Of a DNA stretch of 64,000 bases, positions 28,409 to 44,249 are shown in pieces (within the stretch, counting starts at the first letter, position 1; the number at the start of each line of letters is the position of its first letter). The stretch lies in the NCBI RefSeq assembly GCF_009914755.1, contig NC_060930.1; one strand, 5' to 3'. Below the pieces are notes generated by a model that had not been told where the DNA came from, made no database searches, and was given only the letters and a program-made list of their open reading frames with translations. The stretch is from the human T2T-CHM13v2.0 reference genome, Homo sapiens. The position numbers and the translations under genes are program-made.

Positions 28409-28522
28409 TGTTGTTTTCTATTCGTTCTATAATTTGGGACTGTACTTCCTCTTTGATGTAGAAGTTGTTTAAATAAAATCAAGTTACTTGGTATGTACCT
28501 TTGCTTCTGTTAAATGTACTTC

Positions 28523-28861
<339 letters not shown>

Positions 28862-29625
28862 CTTATTTTTCTATTATTTGATATATCTGCTTAAAATAAT
28901 GTTCTTTAATACCCAACTATTGCAAATGAGACAGCAGCAAATGAACTCTATTTTCCATCTTTTTCTCCCTTCTTCCTCTTATTTTTTTGTTAGCAGCATC
29001 ATTTCTACGTTACCAAAGCTTTTCATATGTATGTTCTGTTTTGCCACCCACATTGTTTTCATCTTAGCTCTTCAGTAAATATACTCAACACTCAGCACTG
29101 ATCATTTTTGTCATCGCTAGGTTGCCTGAGTATTGTCCTCTAGTCATTTTCTCATAAAGGCAAGAAATGATATTTCCCAAATGTCACATTTTTTTCAAAA
29201 CTGTTTGCCTTTAGACTTTTTATTTGAAGAACAGTCTTACTGGATCTAAAATTTCTGACATATTTTATTTCCTTTGGTTTGTATAGATATTTCTCCACTG
29301 TCCTTCGACCTAGAAGGTAGCTGCGGAGAATTCTGAGACCAACATAAGTTTTCTCCCTTTTAAGTGACTTGGTCTTTTTTTGACTGGCTGTTCAATTATT
29401 TTTCTTTATATTTAAAATTCAGTAACATAGGATATGGCTTTGTGAGATAATATAAAGGATCAGATTTTCCAACTAAGCTCTCAAGAATTAGACCTGCCTC
29501 CTTATTAATAATTCAAAGGACATAGTGACTGCAAGAGACGGGGAAAGCATGAAGTCAAAGTGTCAGTGCAGCTCCTCAAGTCCTTTCCTGCCACACTGGG
29601 ACACTGTTCCCGGCTGAGCAGCTGA

Positions 29626-30015
<390 letters not shown>

Positions 30016-30260
30016 TTAAAATAGGGTATTACTTTCAATCATGAAACAGCACAAGGTATATCCAATAATTGGCATTTTCCTTCATTTTGTTTCCGCTAGG
30101 TTCGATGTGACCATTTCTCTTTTCCTTCCTTTCTCCCCAGACATCCTCAGGGTAGAGAGGATGAGGGACAGACCAGCTTCTAACCCTTCATTCCTACCTG
30201 GTGTTGATCATTCTGGGTCAGTTTTCCTTGACATAGGGTGTGCTCTTCCAATATGTGGGT

Positions 30261-30619
30261 TGCCGTGGTCGGAATGTTTGTGTGACTCCAAAATGCATAT
30301 GTTGAAATCTAATGTCCAACGCAAAGTATTAAGAAGTGAGGCCTTTGGGGGGTGATTAGATCATGAGGGCTCTGCCCTCATGAATGATATTAACACCCTT
30401 AGAGAATGAGCTTGAGGGAGCCCTTTTTGCACTTTCACCACGTGAGGACACATAGAAGCAACCATCTATGAAGAACAGGCCCTCACCAGACAATGACTCT
30501 GCTGGTGCCTTGATCTTGCACTTCCCAGCCGTCAGAACTGTGAGCAATAAATTTATGTTGTTTACAAATTACCCAGTCTAAGATATTTGGTTATAGCACT
30601 TCAAACTGACTAAACAACA
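30261..30619 (+). mobile_element. MST/MLT1A-type MaLR solo LTR
   Basis: tgccgtggtcggaatgtttgtg...gattagatcatgagggctctgccctcatgaat...aataaa...ttatagca...gactaa. Confidence 0.88.
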
Positions 30620-30781
30620 GGTTCAAGTCTTCAGTTATTTCAAGAATAATTTCTTTAATGAAATATTTTCATATTCGTTCTGTTTCAGTGTATTCGCTGT
30701 CCTCAGGAACTCCAAGTATGCATGTTTTTAAAATCTCCATGCCTGTCTTCTCTACCTCTCACTTTATCTTTCATCATTTTA

Positions 30782-33070
30782 TTTAATGTTTTACAATTTT
30801 TTTTATTTCAATAGTTTTTGGGGAACAGGTGGTGTTTGGTTACATGAATAAGTTCTTTAGTGGTGATTTCTGAGATTTTGGTGCACCCATCACCTGAGCT
30901 GTGTACACTGTACCCAATGTGTAGTCTTGTATCCCTCACCACCACGTACCCTTCCCCCTGAGTCCCCAAAGTCCAATGTATCATTCTCATGCCTTTGCGT
31001 CCTCATAGTTTAGCTCCCATGTATGAGTGAGAACATATGATGTTTGGTTTTCCATTCCTGAATTACTTCACTTAGAATAATAGTCTCCAATTCCATCCAA
31101 GTTGCTGTGAATGTCGTTATTTCGTTCCTTTTTATGGCTGAGTAGTATCTCATGGTGTGTGTGTATGTGTGTATATATATATATACACACATACACACAC
31201 ACACACATATACACATATATACATATATGTGTATATATGTGTATGCATATGTCTATTTTGTCTATATATGTATACATATATACATATACATACTTTGTCT
31301 ATATATGTATACATATATACATACGTGTATATATATGTATATGTGTGTGTGTGTATATATATCTGTATCTATATCTATATCTATATATATAGATATATAT
31401 CACATTTTCTTTATCCACTAGTTGATTGATGGGCATTTGGGCTGATTCCATGTTTTTGCAATTGTAAATTGTGCTGCTATAAGCATGCATGTACAAGTAT
31501 CTTTTTCATGTCATGACTTCTTTTCCTTTGGGTAGGTACCTAATAGTGGGATTTCTGGATCAAACCACAGATCTACTTTTAGCTCTTTAAGGAATCTCCA
31601 CACTATTTTCCTTAGTGGTTGTACTAGTTTACATTCCCACCAACAATGTAAAACTGTTCCCTTTTCACCACATCCATACCAGCATCTATTATTTTTTTAT
31701 TTTATGATTATGACCATTCTTGCAGGAGTGAGGTGGTATTGCATTGTGGTTTTGATTTTCATTTCCCTGATAATTAGTGATGTGGAGCATTTTTCCATAT
31801 GCTTGTTGGTCATTCATATATCTTCATTTGAGAATTGTCTATTCATATCCTTAGCCCACTTTTTGATGGGATTGCTTGATTTTCTCTTTCTGATTTGTTT
31901 GAGTTCTTTGTAGATTCTGGATATTAGTACTTTATCAGGTGTATATAGTGTGAAGATTTTCTCTCACTCTGTGGGTTGTCTGTTAACTCTGCTGGTTCTT
32001 TTGCTGTGCAGAAGCTTTTTAGTTTAATTAAGTCCCATCTATTTATTTTTGTTTTTGTTGAATTTGCTTTTGGGTTCTTGGTCATGAAGTCTTTGTCTAA
32101 GTCAATGTCTAGAAAAGTTTTTCCAATGTTATCTTATAGAGTCTTTATGGTTTCAGGTCTTAGATTTAAGTCTTTGATCCATCTTGAGTTGATTTTTGTA
32201 TAAGGTAAGAGATGAGGATCCAACTTCATTCTTCTACATGTGGCTTGCCAATTATCTCAGCACCATTTGTTGAATAGGGTATCCTTTCCCCACTTTAAGT
32301 TTTTGTTTGCTTTGTCAAAGATCAGTATGCTGTAAGTATTTGGCTTTATTTCTGGGTTCTCTATTCTGTTCCATTGGTCTATGTGCCTATTTTTATACCA
32401 GTACCATGCTGTTTTGGTAACTATGGCCTTACATTACAGTTTGAAGTCAGGTAATGTGATGCCTCCAGATTTATTCTTTTTCCTTATTCTTGCTTTGCTT
32501 ATGTGGGCTCCTTTTTAGTTCCATATGAATTTTAGTATTGTTTTTTCTACTTCTTTGAAGAATGATGGTGGTATTTTGATTGGAATTTCTTTGTTTCTAG
32601 ATTGCTTTTGGCAGTATGATCATTTTCACAATATTGATTCTACCCACCCATGAGCATGGGATGTATTTCCATTTGTTTTTGTCATCTATGATTTCTTTCA
32701 GCAGTGTTTTGTAGTTTTCCTTGTAGAGGTCTTTCATGTCCTTGGTTAGGTGTATTCCTAAGTATTTAGTTTTTTCTTTTTGCACCTCTTGTGAAAGGGG
32801 TTGAGTTCCCGATTTGATTCTCAGCTTGGTCGCTGTTGGTGTATAGCAGAGCTACTGATTTGTGTACATTAATTTTGTATCTTGAAACTTGGCTGAATTC
32901 CTTTACAAGTTCTAGAAGCTTTTTGGATGAGTCTTGGGTTTTCGAGGTATACCATCATTATCAGCAGCAAACAGCAACAGTTTGATTTCCTCTTCACCAA
33001 TTTGGATGCCCTTTATTTCTTTCTCTTGTCTGATTGCTCTGGCTAGGACTTCCAGTACTGTGTTGAATAG
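30782..33070 (-). mobile_element. L1PB/L1MA-age 5'-truncated L1 (~2.3 kb)
   Basis: Antisense 3'UTR plus ORF2 ([26 protein letters not shown]); TSD atctttcatcatttta 30766-30781 / atcttcaatcatttta 33071-33086. Confidence 0.93.
31155..31400. repeat. Compound (TG)n/(TA)n/(CA)n microsatellite inside L1
   Basis: Directly visible. Confidence 0.95.
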
Positions 33071-33925
33071 ATCTTCAATCATTTTACATTCCCTATTGCA
33101 ATTTGACTTTGCTTAATTTTTCTAATTTCTAGTATCTATCTGTTTACCAAGTTTTCCCTAGTGCAATTCTTCCTTTGCTCCTGTCATTTTGATTTCCATT
33201 TCTATGATTTATTATTCTTTTAGCTCTTTCCTGAGTGCTGTCAACTTGCTTTTCATTTTCTCCAGTAGTCTTGCTGTCTGTGCCCTGAGATCTTGTGTTT
33301 TTGCTTTAAGGGCTCTTAATATTGAATTCAATCAGAGGTTTAATATTCAATAAGAGATTTCTTGGCAGTTGTGTCTGTGAGTATGTGTGAATATCCTTCC
33401 TCTAATAATTTTCACTACTCTTTCCTGTATTTTTTTCTTATTATATCAATGCTATGCTGGCTTTTGTTTCAAATTATTCACTATCACATAAGTCATATTT
33501 TCCAGCTAATTGAAAGAGCTTGCTTGAGAGAAGGAGAGTCAACTCCATGAAGATAGATTATTCCTATGTTATTGAATTACCTGGGAAGAATTATCTTCCC
33601 AAATCAACCTAGCAGGGCATCCACCCTCAGCCTGCACTGCGCATCCTTGTTTTGGGATCTGTTGGTCTGTCCTGAGGTTCATCCTTTGCACTGGAAGCTT
33701 CTGAGTGAGCCCTCCCTCCAGAGGCAGAGATTGTTTTCGCTCGGGTCTGCTGCCACCTGGCCAGCTGGCCCTTCCTTCACCAAGCGTCTCTGCTCCACTT
33801 CCACTCTGCATGGCCTCTGCTCAGTCTCCTTTCCATCCTCCCAGATCTAGCAGCTCATGCTGTGTGCATGGGATGTGGAGTTATCACTTTAGGGAGTGAG
33901 TCTGCCACCTCTAGAAGCTGTGTTG

Positions 33926-34030
33926 TTGCTGCCGTGTCCTGAGCCCTGCCTCCTCTGAACGTCCTGCTCTGCACCCCCATGCTAGCACCACCACAGTTCC
34001 CCAGTTGTGGCTCTTGAGCTGGCCCCACCT
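33926..34030 (+). repeat. Inverted repeat, left arm (105 bp)
   Basis: Reverse complement matches 34850-34954 with 6 mismatches and no gaps. Confidence 0.95.
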
Positions 34031-34218
34031 GTCTGGGCTGTCTCAACAGTTTTGGGTTTGCCTGGATTTCACTGCATCTTGAGCTGGTAGGGGTTATACT
34101 GTGCACCACCCCATAGGCACACACAGAGCCAGGCAGTGTGGTGAACAAAGGCAAATGTTCAATGAACACTCATTTCAAGGTCTTCACTCTAAATGAGAAG
34201 ATCCCATCTATCCCATGT

Positions 34219-34604
34219 TGTCTTAGTCTGCTCAGGCTGCCATAGCCAAACACCAGAGACTGAGCGGCTGGAACCACAAAAATGTATAATCTCACATTTG
34301 TGGAGACAGGAAGTCCAAGATCAAGGTTCGGCCAATTTAGTATCTGGGGAGGGCTCTTTTCCTGGCTTGCAGGTGACCACCTTCTCACTGTGCACTCACA
34401 TGGCCTTTCCTGGATGCATGTGCACAGGGAGAGAGCGGGAGCAAGCTTTCTGGCACCTCCTTATAAGAACATGAATCCTATTAGATCATCTGACCTCGTT
34501 TGGACTTAATTTCTTCCTTAGAGGTCCCATCTCCAGATACAGCCACACTGGGGGTTAGGACTTCAACATATGAATTTGGGGAACACAAACATTGGTTTAT
34601 AACA
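34219..34604 (-). mobile_element. MLT1A-type MaLR solo LTR
   Basis: tgtcttagtctgctcaggctgccata...ggaagtccaagatcaagg...cttcaacatatgaatttgggg...ataaca. Confidence 0.88.
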
Positions 34605-34849
34605 CATTTAAACCACAACTTATGGCAGGAAATGATGTCATGAGAAGTAGAATTAAAATCACCAAGGAGGGAATGGAAGAGAAGATGCTCCTTCCCGTCA
34701 GATTATGAAAAGGGTATCATTTGAACTGAGATGAGCAAGATGGGTAGGCTTTGTGCATCCGGAGATGGGGGGATGCTCCAGGTGCAGAAGCCAGTGCAAG
34801 CACAAGTGGGCAAACATAAGGCACTAGACTCTGGGCTGGAGCGGTGGAG

Positions 34850-34954
34850 AGGTGGGGCCAGCTCAAGAGCCACAACTGGGGACCTGTGGTGGTGCGAGCT
34901 TGTGGGTGCAGAGCAGGACGTTCAGAGGAGGCAGGGCTCAAGAAACGGCAGCAA
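34850..34954 (-). repeat. Inverted repeat, right arm (105 bp)
   Basis: aggtggggccagctcaagagccacaactgggg...cggcagcaa is the reverse complement of 33926-34030. Confidence 0.95.
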
Positions 34955-36118
34955 GGCTACTGGGAAAAACACCCTCAGGAGTGAGGAAGAGCAGATCATT
35001 GCCATTGAAGAAGCCCTTGGCTCCTGTGGAGAGATCTGAGACTTTGCCTCAGCACAGTCCTCAAAGGTATCTGCATGGGATGGAAGTGGGGTGGCAGCAG
35101 CTGGCATGGCTGGAGCTGTACCTTAGAAAGGGTAAGCTTGCAACACAATGTAAAATACATTGGACAGTAAGGCCAGATCAAAACATTGGCGTACAACTGC
35201 TAAAAAATAACAATAGCCAAAAATCAAGATGAATTTTTTTTTTTGCTATATGAAATCTAGATAGTGTACATTTAATTTCATTTAATTTCAGAAGTAGAAA
35301 TCTATAGCAAGATCTCTAGTAAATGAACCTTCAAATTTATCATTATGAAGACAAAATTTAAACATCTTTTATTCAATAATTACCAATTCTAAGCAAAATT
35401 CAGAATCCATAGAGTAATAATATATAATTGAAATACAGTGTATATGAGTCAGGCTACATTGAGCTAATCTTTTGATCTAGTAATTCAACAGCATAGGAAA
35501 AGGAATGAGGCCCACCCAATTTTGGCATGCATTCCAAATTCAATTAACTTTAACCGATATCTTGACAGCATTCTTTCCTTTCTTATTAAAACAAAATCTC
35601 TTAAATGTTCAAGATAAAATCAGATGAGTATCATGTGCACAAGAAGCAGATCAAGTTTTTCAAGAATCTTTAAAAATAATGTAGATTAAATCAATAGAAA
35701 TAGAAGCATTAATTTGAATATTCAGAACTTTTTTAAAATTATTGTTTGGGTCACTTGAAAAAAAGTGCAATTTTCTTTTCCTTATTGAATAAAGCATTTG
35801 GATAATATTAAGACATTTAAAGTAAGCCACCAGAGAAGAAAAATTTCACCATAGTTACGCTCATTGTAAGTCAAAGACTTTGAGGTGATATACAAATTAT
35901 GCTGATGTTAATATACACACAGACTTAAGAAAAAGAAATTTTCCCACCCCACCAAGTAATTAGCAGGTCAAATCTGTCCTCTTAGAGCCAAAAAGTGAAA
36001 ATCTAAATGAAGTCCTTGGTCAAGAAGTCTTGACTGAAAAGCTACCTCCTGTGTCTCCAATTTACCCCCTACAAAAATATTTATTTCTCTTATCTCTTTA
36101 TCAAAAGAAATTCATCTG

Positions 36119-36419
<301 letters not shown>

Positions 36420-37208
36420 AAAAGAAATTCATCTTAAAGGTTTTGGATTTAGCCATGACAAGGCTTACACCATCCAGTGTGTACTTTTCTTCACTTTCTT
36501 TTAGACATAAAAAACAATGGGAAGCAACAATTTCTTTCTGCAAACACATGGCCCCAAATTGCTCAATCATCAAGCCCTTCTACAAGGAAAGCCTTTGCAC
36601 CCATTGCTACAATGACCTGCCACTGGGGCAAATTTTGTGTAAACATGTAAATTTTAGTGGTTATCATTTTATTAAAAAAAGAAGCTCTTGAATGTTTTTT
36701 ACTACTGATTCTTGGCATTCTGTGTCTTTTGTGTATGTATAATTTAAAAATCACTTTGAGCATTTATGCACATTACTATATGACATGATAATTTTCATGC
36801 AAAAAATCAAAATCAAGTTTTAGATTAATTTAAAGGGTATCTGTAATATACACTCAGTTTATAAATGTGGGTGATGTGAATGTAAAGAGACAGACATGAC
36901 CTTTCCTGACTCTGGTTGGTGGCAGATGTGTATTTTAGTGTCTGAGCTTTCCAGCCATGAACACAACATTCCTGATGATTTCCAAAAAGCGCTTAACTCG
37001 AAGATGTGGAAATTGCAATGAAGGAATCAGTCCTTCTAACTTGTAGCCAGCAATTATATATCCAAAAAGATTGGAACTAGGGATCAAACCTGAACAAAGA
37101 AATAGATATGCAATTTGATTAAGATTATGTTTTTCAGATTAGGATGCCATAAACACAATGTTATGGATAAATCAATGTGTTAGGTTTTTCCAATAAAAAC
37201 AAATTTAG

Positions 37209-37813
<605 letters not shown>

Positions 37814-38379
37814 TTAAATAGGGTTTAATAAACAGATTTATTTTGAATTTTTAATTATTGCAATCCAAAGAATTATACAATTATAAAACTGTAGGTTATC
37901 TGGAAGATTATCTTGTCCCTCTTGCCATCCTGCATAAAAACAAGCCAAGGTTCAGAGAGTTTGCTGCCAGCCCGGGGCCAGGCCAGCAGCTGCTGGACGT
38001 TCTGACCTCAGTCCCAGACTGTCAGCTCCTTTAGAGGGGAGTCATCTTCCGTTCCAGCCGGTATCACTGCCCTCTGGCCCCACAGAGTTCACGGGCATGA
38101 ATTTCTTCCATGCACATGCTGAAGAACAGTGGTCTGGCAGAGAGCCTTGAACTAGGAACTGGGAGATGTGAGTGATTATTAGAAAATTGCTCATTAAAGC
38201 TCATGGTGTGTTTAACAGATTAATGTTATTTTATTTTAGATATTTTTATTTTAGATTTTTAAAACCATCTTATTCTAGATGTTTTAAAGCAAGAAATAAA
38301 ACCGGTATTGAAACACATGACATCACATAAGTGCTCTTCCAGCATCTTGATGGTATTTGAGTTCCGGATGTCCAGAGCC

Positions 38380-39225
38380 GCCCCCAACCCCCGCTCCCCG
38401 CCTCCCTTCTGATGCCTCTCAGGGACTCGGCCTTCATGTGTCCAAAGGCAAATTCCTGCCCTTCTATCTCCTCAAGCCTTTGTCCTCCCCTGTTGCCCCT
38501 GCTAAAGCTGTTGCCATCTATCCCTTTGCACAAGAGAAATACAGGTATCCCTCTCTCTCACTTTATCAAATTCAACACCATGTTCTAGCTGTTTTTTAAT
38601 TTTCCAAAATAGGTCTTCATTTCTCTACCACCCTAAACCAAGCCACTATCATCACATTGCCTGGGGCAGTGCAGTAGCCATTGACCTTCACACCCATCAA
38701 ATATTGTCCAAACAGCAGCCTCGACTCAAAATCAGTCATGCACTGGTCCACTTGAGCCTTCCTTGGCCTCCTTTTGGCCCTTAGAATAAGGTGACCACCC
38801 ATCCCAGGGACCTCAGGGCCAGCATCACCTGACTCCTGCCTGCTTGTCCAGCCTCCCCCAGACACCCCTCTCCCCACCCCACCTGCAACTCCACCGGACT
38901 CATCTCTGCTTCTGAACAGATCCAACTCTCCCCTACCGCAGGGCCTTTGCGCAAACCCTTCTCTTTGCCTGTGATCCTTTACGCCCCTGTCTCCTTCCTT
39001 GTTCGTCCCTCCCGCTTCCCCTGACGCATCCCCACTCGGGCAGCACCCCCACCCCGCCAGCCCCAGTCCAGGCTAGATCTCCCGTCTAAGCTCCCACAGC
39101 ACAGTAGCAGTGATGATTTATTTAAAGCTCCTCTTCCCTGCTAGAGTGAATCCCCATGAGGTCAAAGACCGGATCTTTTCTGTCAACCACTGTATCCTCA
39201 GTTCCTAGCACAATCCTGACATCTT
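38380..39225 (+). mobile_element. L2 fragment
   Basis: Pyrimidine-rich sense L2 (cagggcctttgcgcaaacc...ccccatgaggtcaaagacc...tgtatcctcagttcctagcaca). Confidence 0.65.
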
Positions 39226-40479
39226 TAATCTCTGCTTCACATCATGGCGGGAGAAGCCAAAGGGCCCCGGAGATATTTGCCAGAGAAGCAATTAGGAAGA
39301 TGGCCCAGCCCAGAGAGCTGGAGCAGAAATGAAGTCCAAGGAAAAGAATGCACCGTCCGTGATGGGGAAGGAATAATAACCACAGCTCCTGCACAGGCAG
39401 AGCAGCTCGGATGCCTGTGTCATAAGGAGCAGAGCTGTCATGGATGCATATACTATGTGCGGCTCTGTATAAATTCCTCGCAGGTAGATGACAGCATCTA
39501 GCAAAGAACATTGCCCACAGTAGGTGCACCATCCGCCTCGACCGGTTTGATTTGACTGTAGACTCTGAAAGGAGCCTCACTGTTCAGCTAGGCTGCTGGA
39601 AGGGACTGAATGACTCAGCACTCCATCCCTTCATGACAGAGGCTCCTTGTCTTGAACTTGGAGGAAAATGCTCTATTGCATGGTTCTGTCGTGTAAATCA
39701 CTTTTAAAAATTATTCTTCCCTCTATAAAAGTATGCATATTTTGGAGCATGATCTATCTTTATGCAAGTGGAGGGGTGAACGGAATATTTCATCAGGATA
39801 ACCATTTACTGACAATTCATGCTATTTTATAGTCCATGTCTTTTGGAATGGATGGGAGTTTGTTATTCAGTGGTTTATAAAATCTTCCAGACTGAATGAT
39901 GAGCTCACATCTGTTACAATTGGTATGGAAAGTAAAACTGGCGTGAGTTGTCCATAAATATTTATTGTCAGGAAATATCAGTATGTACTGCTGTTTTTAG
40001 GAAAATAATGCCTATTTTATTATTGATACATAAAGTGGGACATTTATGTTTACTACCCATAATAACACAGGTAGTAATAAAACAATATTCTGTAAAGAGT
40101 ATCAGAGAGGCAGAAACAAAGATGAAATTTTGGTTTCTAAAGCAAGTTTTACAAAAACATTATTTAAAGACCATACTACTATTCTCAATCCCTTTCAAAG
40201 TGTTAAAAAACTTTAAGTCAGTCAAGAATTGGCAACTAATTTTCAGAATCAATAATATGATCATAATTTCTGCCATAGAAAATGGCTTTGCTGTCAAAGA
40301 CCATCTTGAGAACAGGCAGTATATCCATGCTGAATTCAACAGTTCTTACCTCCTAATGTGAGCCTTGGTCATCTGGAAAGAAACAGGCTCCTTACTGAGT
40401 TCCATATCGTCCCTTCCTGCTCCCCAAAAGGCTTTTTTGAGGGAAAACTTTCCGCAACAGGTCACTTTAAAACTACATA

Positions 40480-40740
40480 GATATGTATATGTGGTATGTA
40501 AGTGTATGGATGTTTATGTACATGTGTGTATGTATATGCATATGTGTATTTATGTGTGTGTTTATGTGTACACGTGTAGATGTATGTGCATATATGTAGG
40601 TGTGTATTTGTATATGGATATGTATGTGACTGTGGATGTGTGCTTGCATATGTGTAGATATGTGTATATGTGTTTGTGTATCTGTATATATGTATATGTA
40701 CATATGTGAATGTGTGTATGTGCGTGTGTGTGTGTGTGTC
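40480..40740. repeat. Degenerate (TATG)n/(TG)n microsatellite
   Basis: Directly visible. Confidence 0.95.
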
Positions 40741-42102
40741 TTCCCTCAAAGACCATCTGATTATTTTTCCCATGCAGCAGATAGTACATGAGTAGTTTGC
40801 ACCTAACTTTTAAAAGTCTTATGCGTATGGTTGGTGGCTGTCGGAACGAAAGTGATTTTTCAGGACAATGTCAGGCTGCAGAATCAAGGGCCCTGAGGAG
40901 AGAAATGGCAGGCAAATGCTGGGGTCGCGTTTGCTTTGGTGTTCCTTGCAGGTCAAAAAGACAGCAAGCTCTCGCCTTTCACTTTGCAAAATCTGAACAA
41001 CATTTTGGAAACCTGGTCCCCACTGCTCTTACAGAAGGGAAAGGGACCCCTCACCAGGAAGAGCCAGTTTCCCAACCCCAGAAGCCGGGGACCCTCAGCC
41101 CTCCCAGCAGCCTTCGCCCCCACGTTTGTCCCCACAGGCCGCACACACGGCCATGCTCACCTCCTCCTGCGGAGGCTGCCCAGGCCCCTCACAGCCCGCA
41201 GGATCTGGGTCACACCTGAGCCAGCTCTGGGGACACTTCGAGGCTCTGCATTTCTTACATGTTTCTTTTCAATCCTGACCTTCTCTTAGATCACCCCAAA
41301 GGGACACCCCGAGCCCTGACCATTTACACAGATAGTCTTTTAACACTTGGAATGGAAGCATTTGAGCAAAGAACACCAGAAACAGAACACCAGCCAGTCT
41401 CCTGCCAGATGGATGACATTATTTTCCACTCATTTAACGGAGAAAAATAATTGAACGAGGAACCGGGGTACATGTGTTGCTCTGAGTGTGGCGTGCGCAG
41501 TTGGGAAACCTCAGAACGGTGTGGCCCGACCGTGGCCATGCTGAGGGTTTTGTGGTCTGGAGGTTCCTGGAGATTTTCAGGATCTCACATTCAGAATCCC
41601 ACATTTTCAGAAACACCACAGAAGAAGCTATTTATTTGGCTTTGTTGTTTTCTTAAAAATTAAGGAAATGATTTGGAGAGACTAGGCCTCCGGGTTCTTT
41701 CTTTTCTTTTCCCCACAGAATTTAGACATTATTCAAACATTTATTCTGTATCATCTTTTTAGTTTGTTTTTCAAAAAAGACATTTATCTTGTGATAATGG
41801 CTAGTTGCAGAAGCTCAGTGAGATTCTCAGGTTTTCTTAATTGCAATTTCGTCTCATGCGCTTGAAATGCCAAGCACTAATGGTGTTTGAAGTGGGGCTG
41901 GCGTCTGATTCACCTTCAGAGTTATCTTGAGCTTTCAGCCACAAGAATTTTAAACCTGACAGTGGTAAAGAAATGCCCTTCTTTCCTGATTGCTCCGTGT
42001 GCGTGGTATTCTGTAACCGAGGTCATTAAAGGTAGACGTCACAGTGGCAAGAGCCCGACAGGCCTGTCTCCTGGTGTGCCACCTCCATACTTTGGGACTT
42101 AC

Positions 42103-42134
42103 CTGTTACAGTTTCTTGGCCTTGATTTCCTCAT
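42103..42134 (-). ncRNA. Candidate MIR-derived cassette exon (32 bp)
   Basis: Minus strand: ttctcctgtttttcag|atgaggaaatc...gtaacag|gtaagt. Confidence 0.3.
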
Positions 42135-43523
42135 CTGAAAAACAGGAGAATAAGCTCTGTTAAGCAGGATCAGTACAAGGATTAGATTCACTTATTAACA
42201 TTCTCCTACATTTGAAATTCTAAATGAGCACAAAAGAGTTTCGCGACTGTCATACCTTTGAATGGGAACTAATAAAACTAAAAATCCCATGTTGCCAAGT
42301 TTATAATGCTGATTCATTTTATGCATCACTTTGCCTGAAGTTTCAGCATAAAATGTGCTCTCGATTATCTAAGAAAAATAATGCATAGAGAACTTTTTAT
42401 GACCAAATACTCGTCTATACCACTCAACACTTTTGAATGGCTTTTCCCAATTACCTTCCCGGAATATACAGGGAACATAAATTAGTTCTACAGAATATCT
42501 AAAATAACTACAATTTAGGGGGTATGTGTGTAGCAAAACATCATGGAATGCACTCTAAAGAGAAATACATGTGAATTCAGATTGCATGTTCTTCAGGAGG
42601 GACTTATTCAGATGCGGCCCTTCCTTAGTGCAATTAACTGTGAACTGCCACAGTGAGATCAGAAGGTCGTGCCCAGCAAAGGTGAAACACAGTGATAAAA
42701 GCAGTCCCTCCATCAGCGAGGACAGGCTCAAGGTCAGCCAGTTGCCATTGAGATGCTAGACTGTGGCATGCAGATGGGAGCCTGGAACTGGTCGCTGGAA
42801 ACCACACCAACAAATTTGGAATTCCGTGCACTGATATCTACCCCACATGAGCAGAAACTGAGTTTGGCCGTGGACCGACTGAACCCTGCGCCAGTTCCCA
42901 TGTGTCAGGACTCGCTGGTGTGCAGAGTATTTGCTGCGGCTTTGATCTCATTGTTTTAGTTTACTGGCTCTCCTGATTTGGCATTAAATGCGTTAGAACC
43001 TAATCAGTTCCAAGATGGCTTTCACGATGCGGTTCCTTTTCCTAACTATTTCCAAATCAATTCACTTAGGGACATTATAGGTTAAGAGTAGTTGTTGTTC
43101 TCATATGAATCTTGAGTCAGTTTTTCTTTTGTAAATAACTTCATTCTTTTTCATTGACCTCCTCAATATTTATTTCTAAATATTTTTAATTTTTTAAAAT
43201 ACTTAAGATTTCATTTGAAATAGAATTAAATGAAAGTTAAGGAAGCCTTATCATGAATCCAGTTCTGCAATGTCATTCTATTAATAGCTGCAGTCTAAAT
43301 ACCAGCCCCAGCCATCACAGCATGTCCATCGGGTAAATCCTCACTACGTGTGGCGCATGTTGTCCTCCCCAGCCCTGTACTAGTCCAGGAGGGAGTTATT
43401 CTGCTCCCTGCTTTACCTATGAGGAAATGAAGACCGGGAGTGGGGACAGGGGGAGCTGGTGCCAGGGCAGGGACAGAGCTTGTGCCCCCCACCTTGACCA
43501 CAGCACCACTCAGTCCTCTTCTG

Positions 43524-44091
<568 letters not shown>

Positions 44092-44249
44092 TGACCAGAC
44101 CCAAATCTAAAAAGTATTGCTGCCCCTGCGCCTGTGAAAATGCAAGGGACTGAGCCAATGGGAAGAAGGTGGGGAGAAGGGGCTGAGCGCCCCGCAGCCT
44201 GCCCCCACCCCTGGACCTGCGGCTGCCTCCACTTACTCCTGGGAACCTG

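Noticed and set aside
31010-31496. Y/I/H/T-rich ORFs (also 40365-40789)
   Set aside because: Translations of TA/TG microsatellites.
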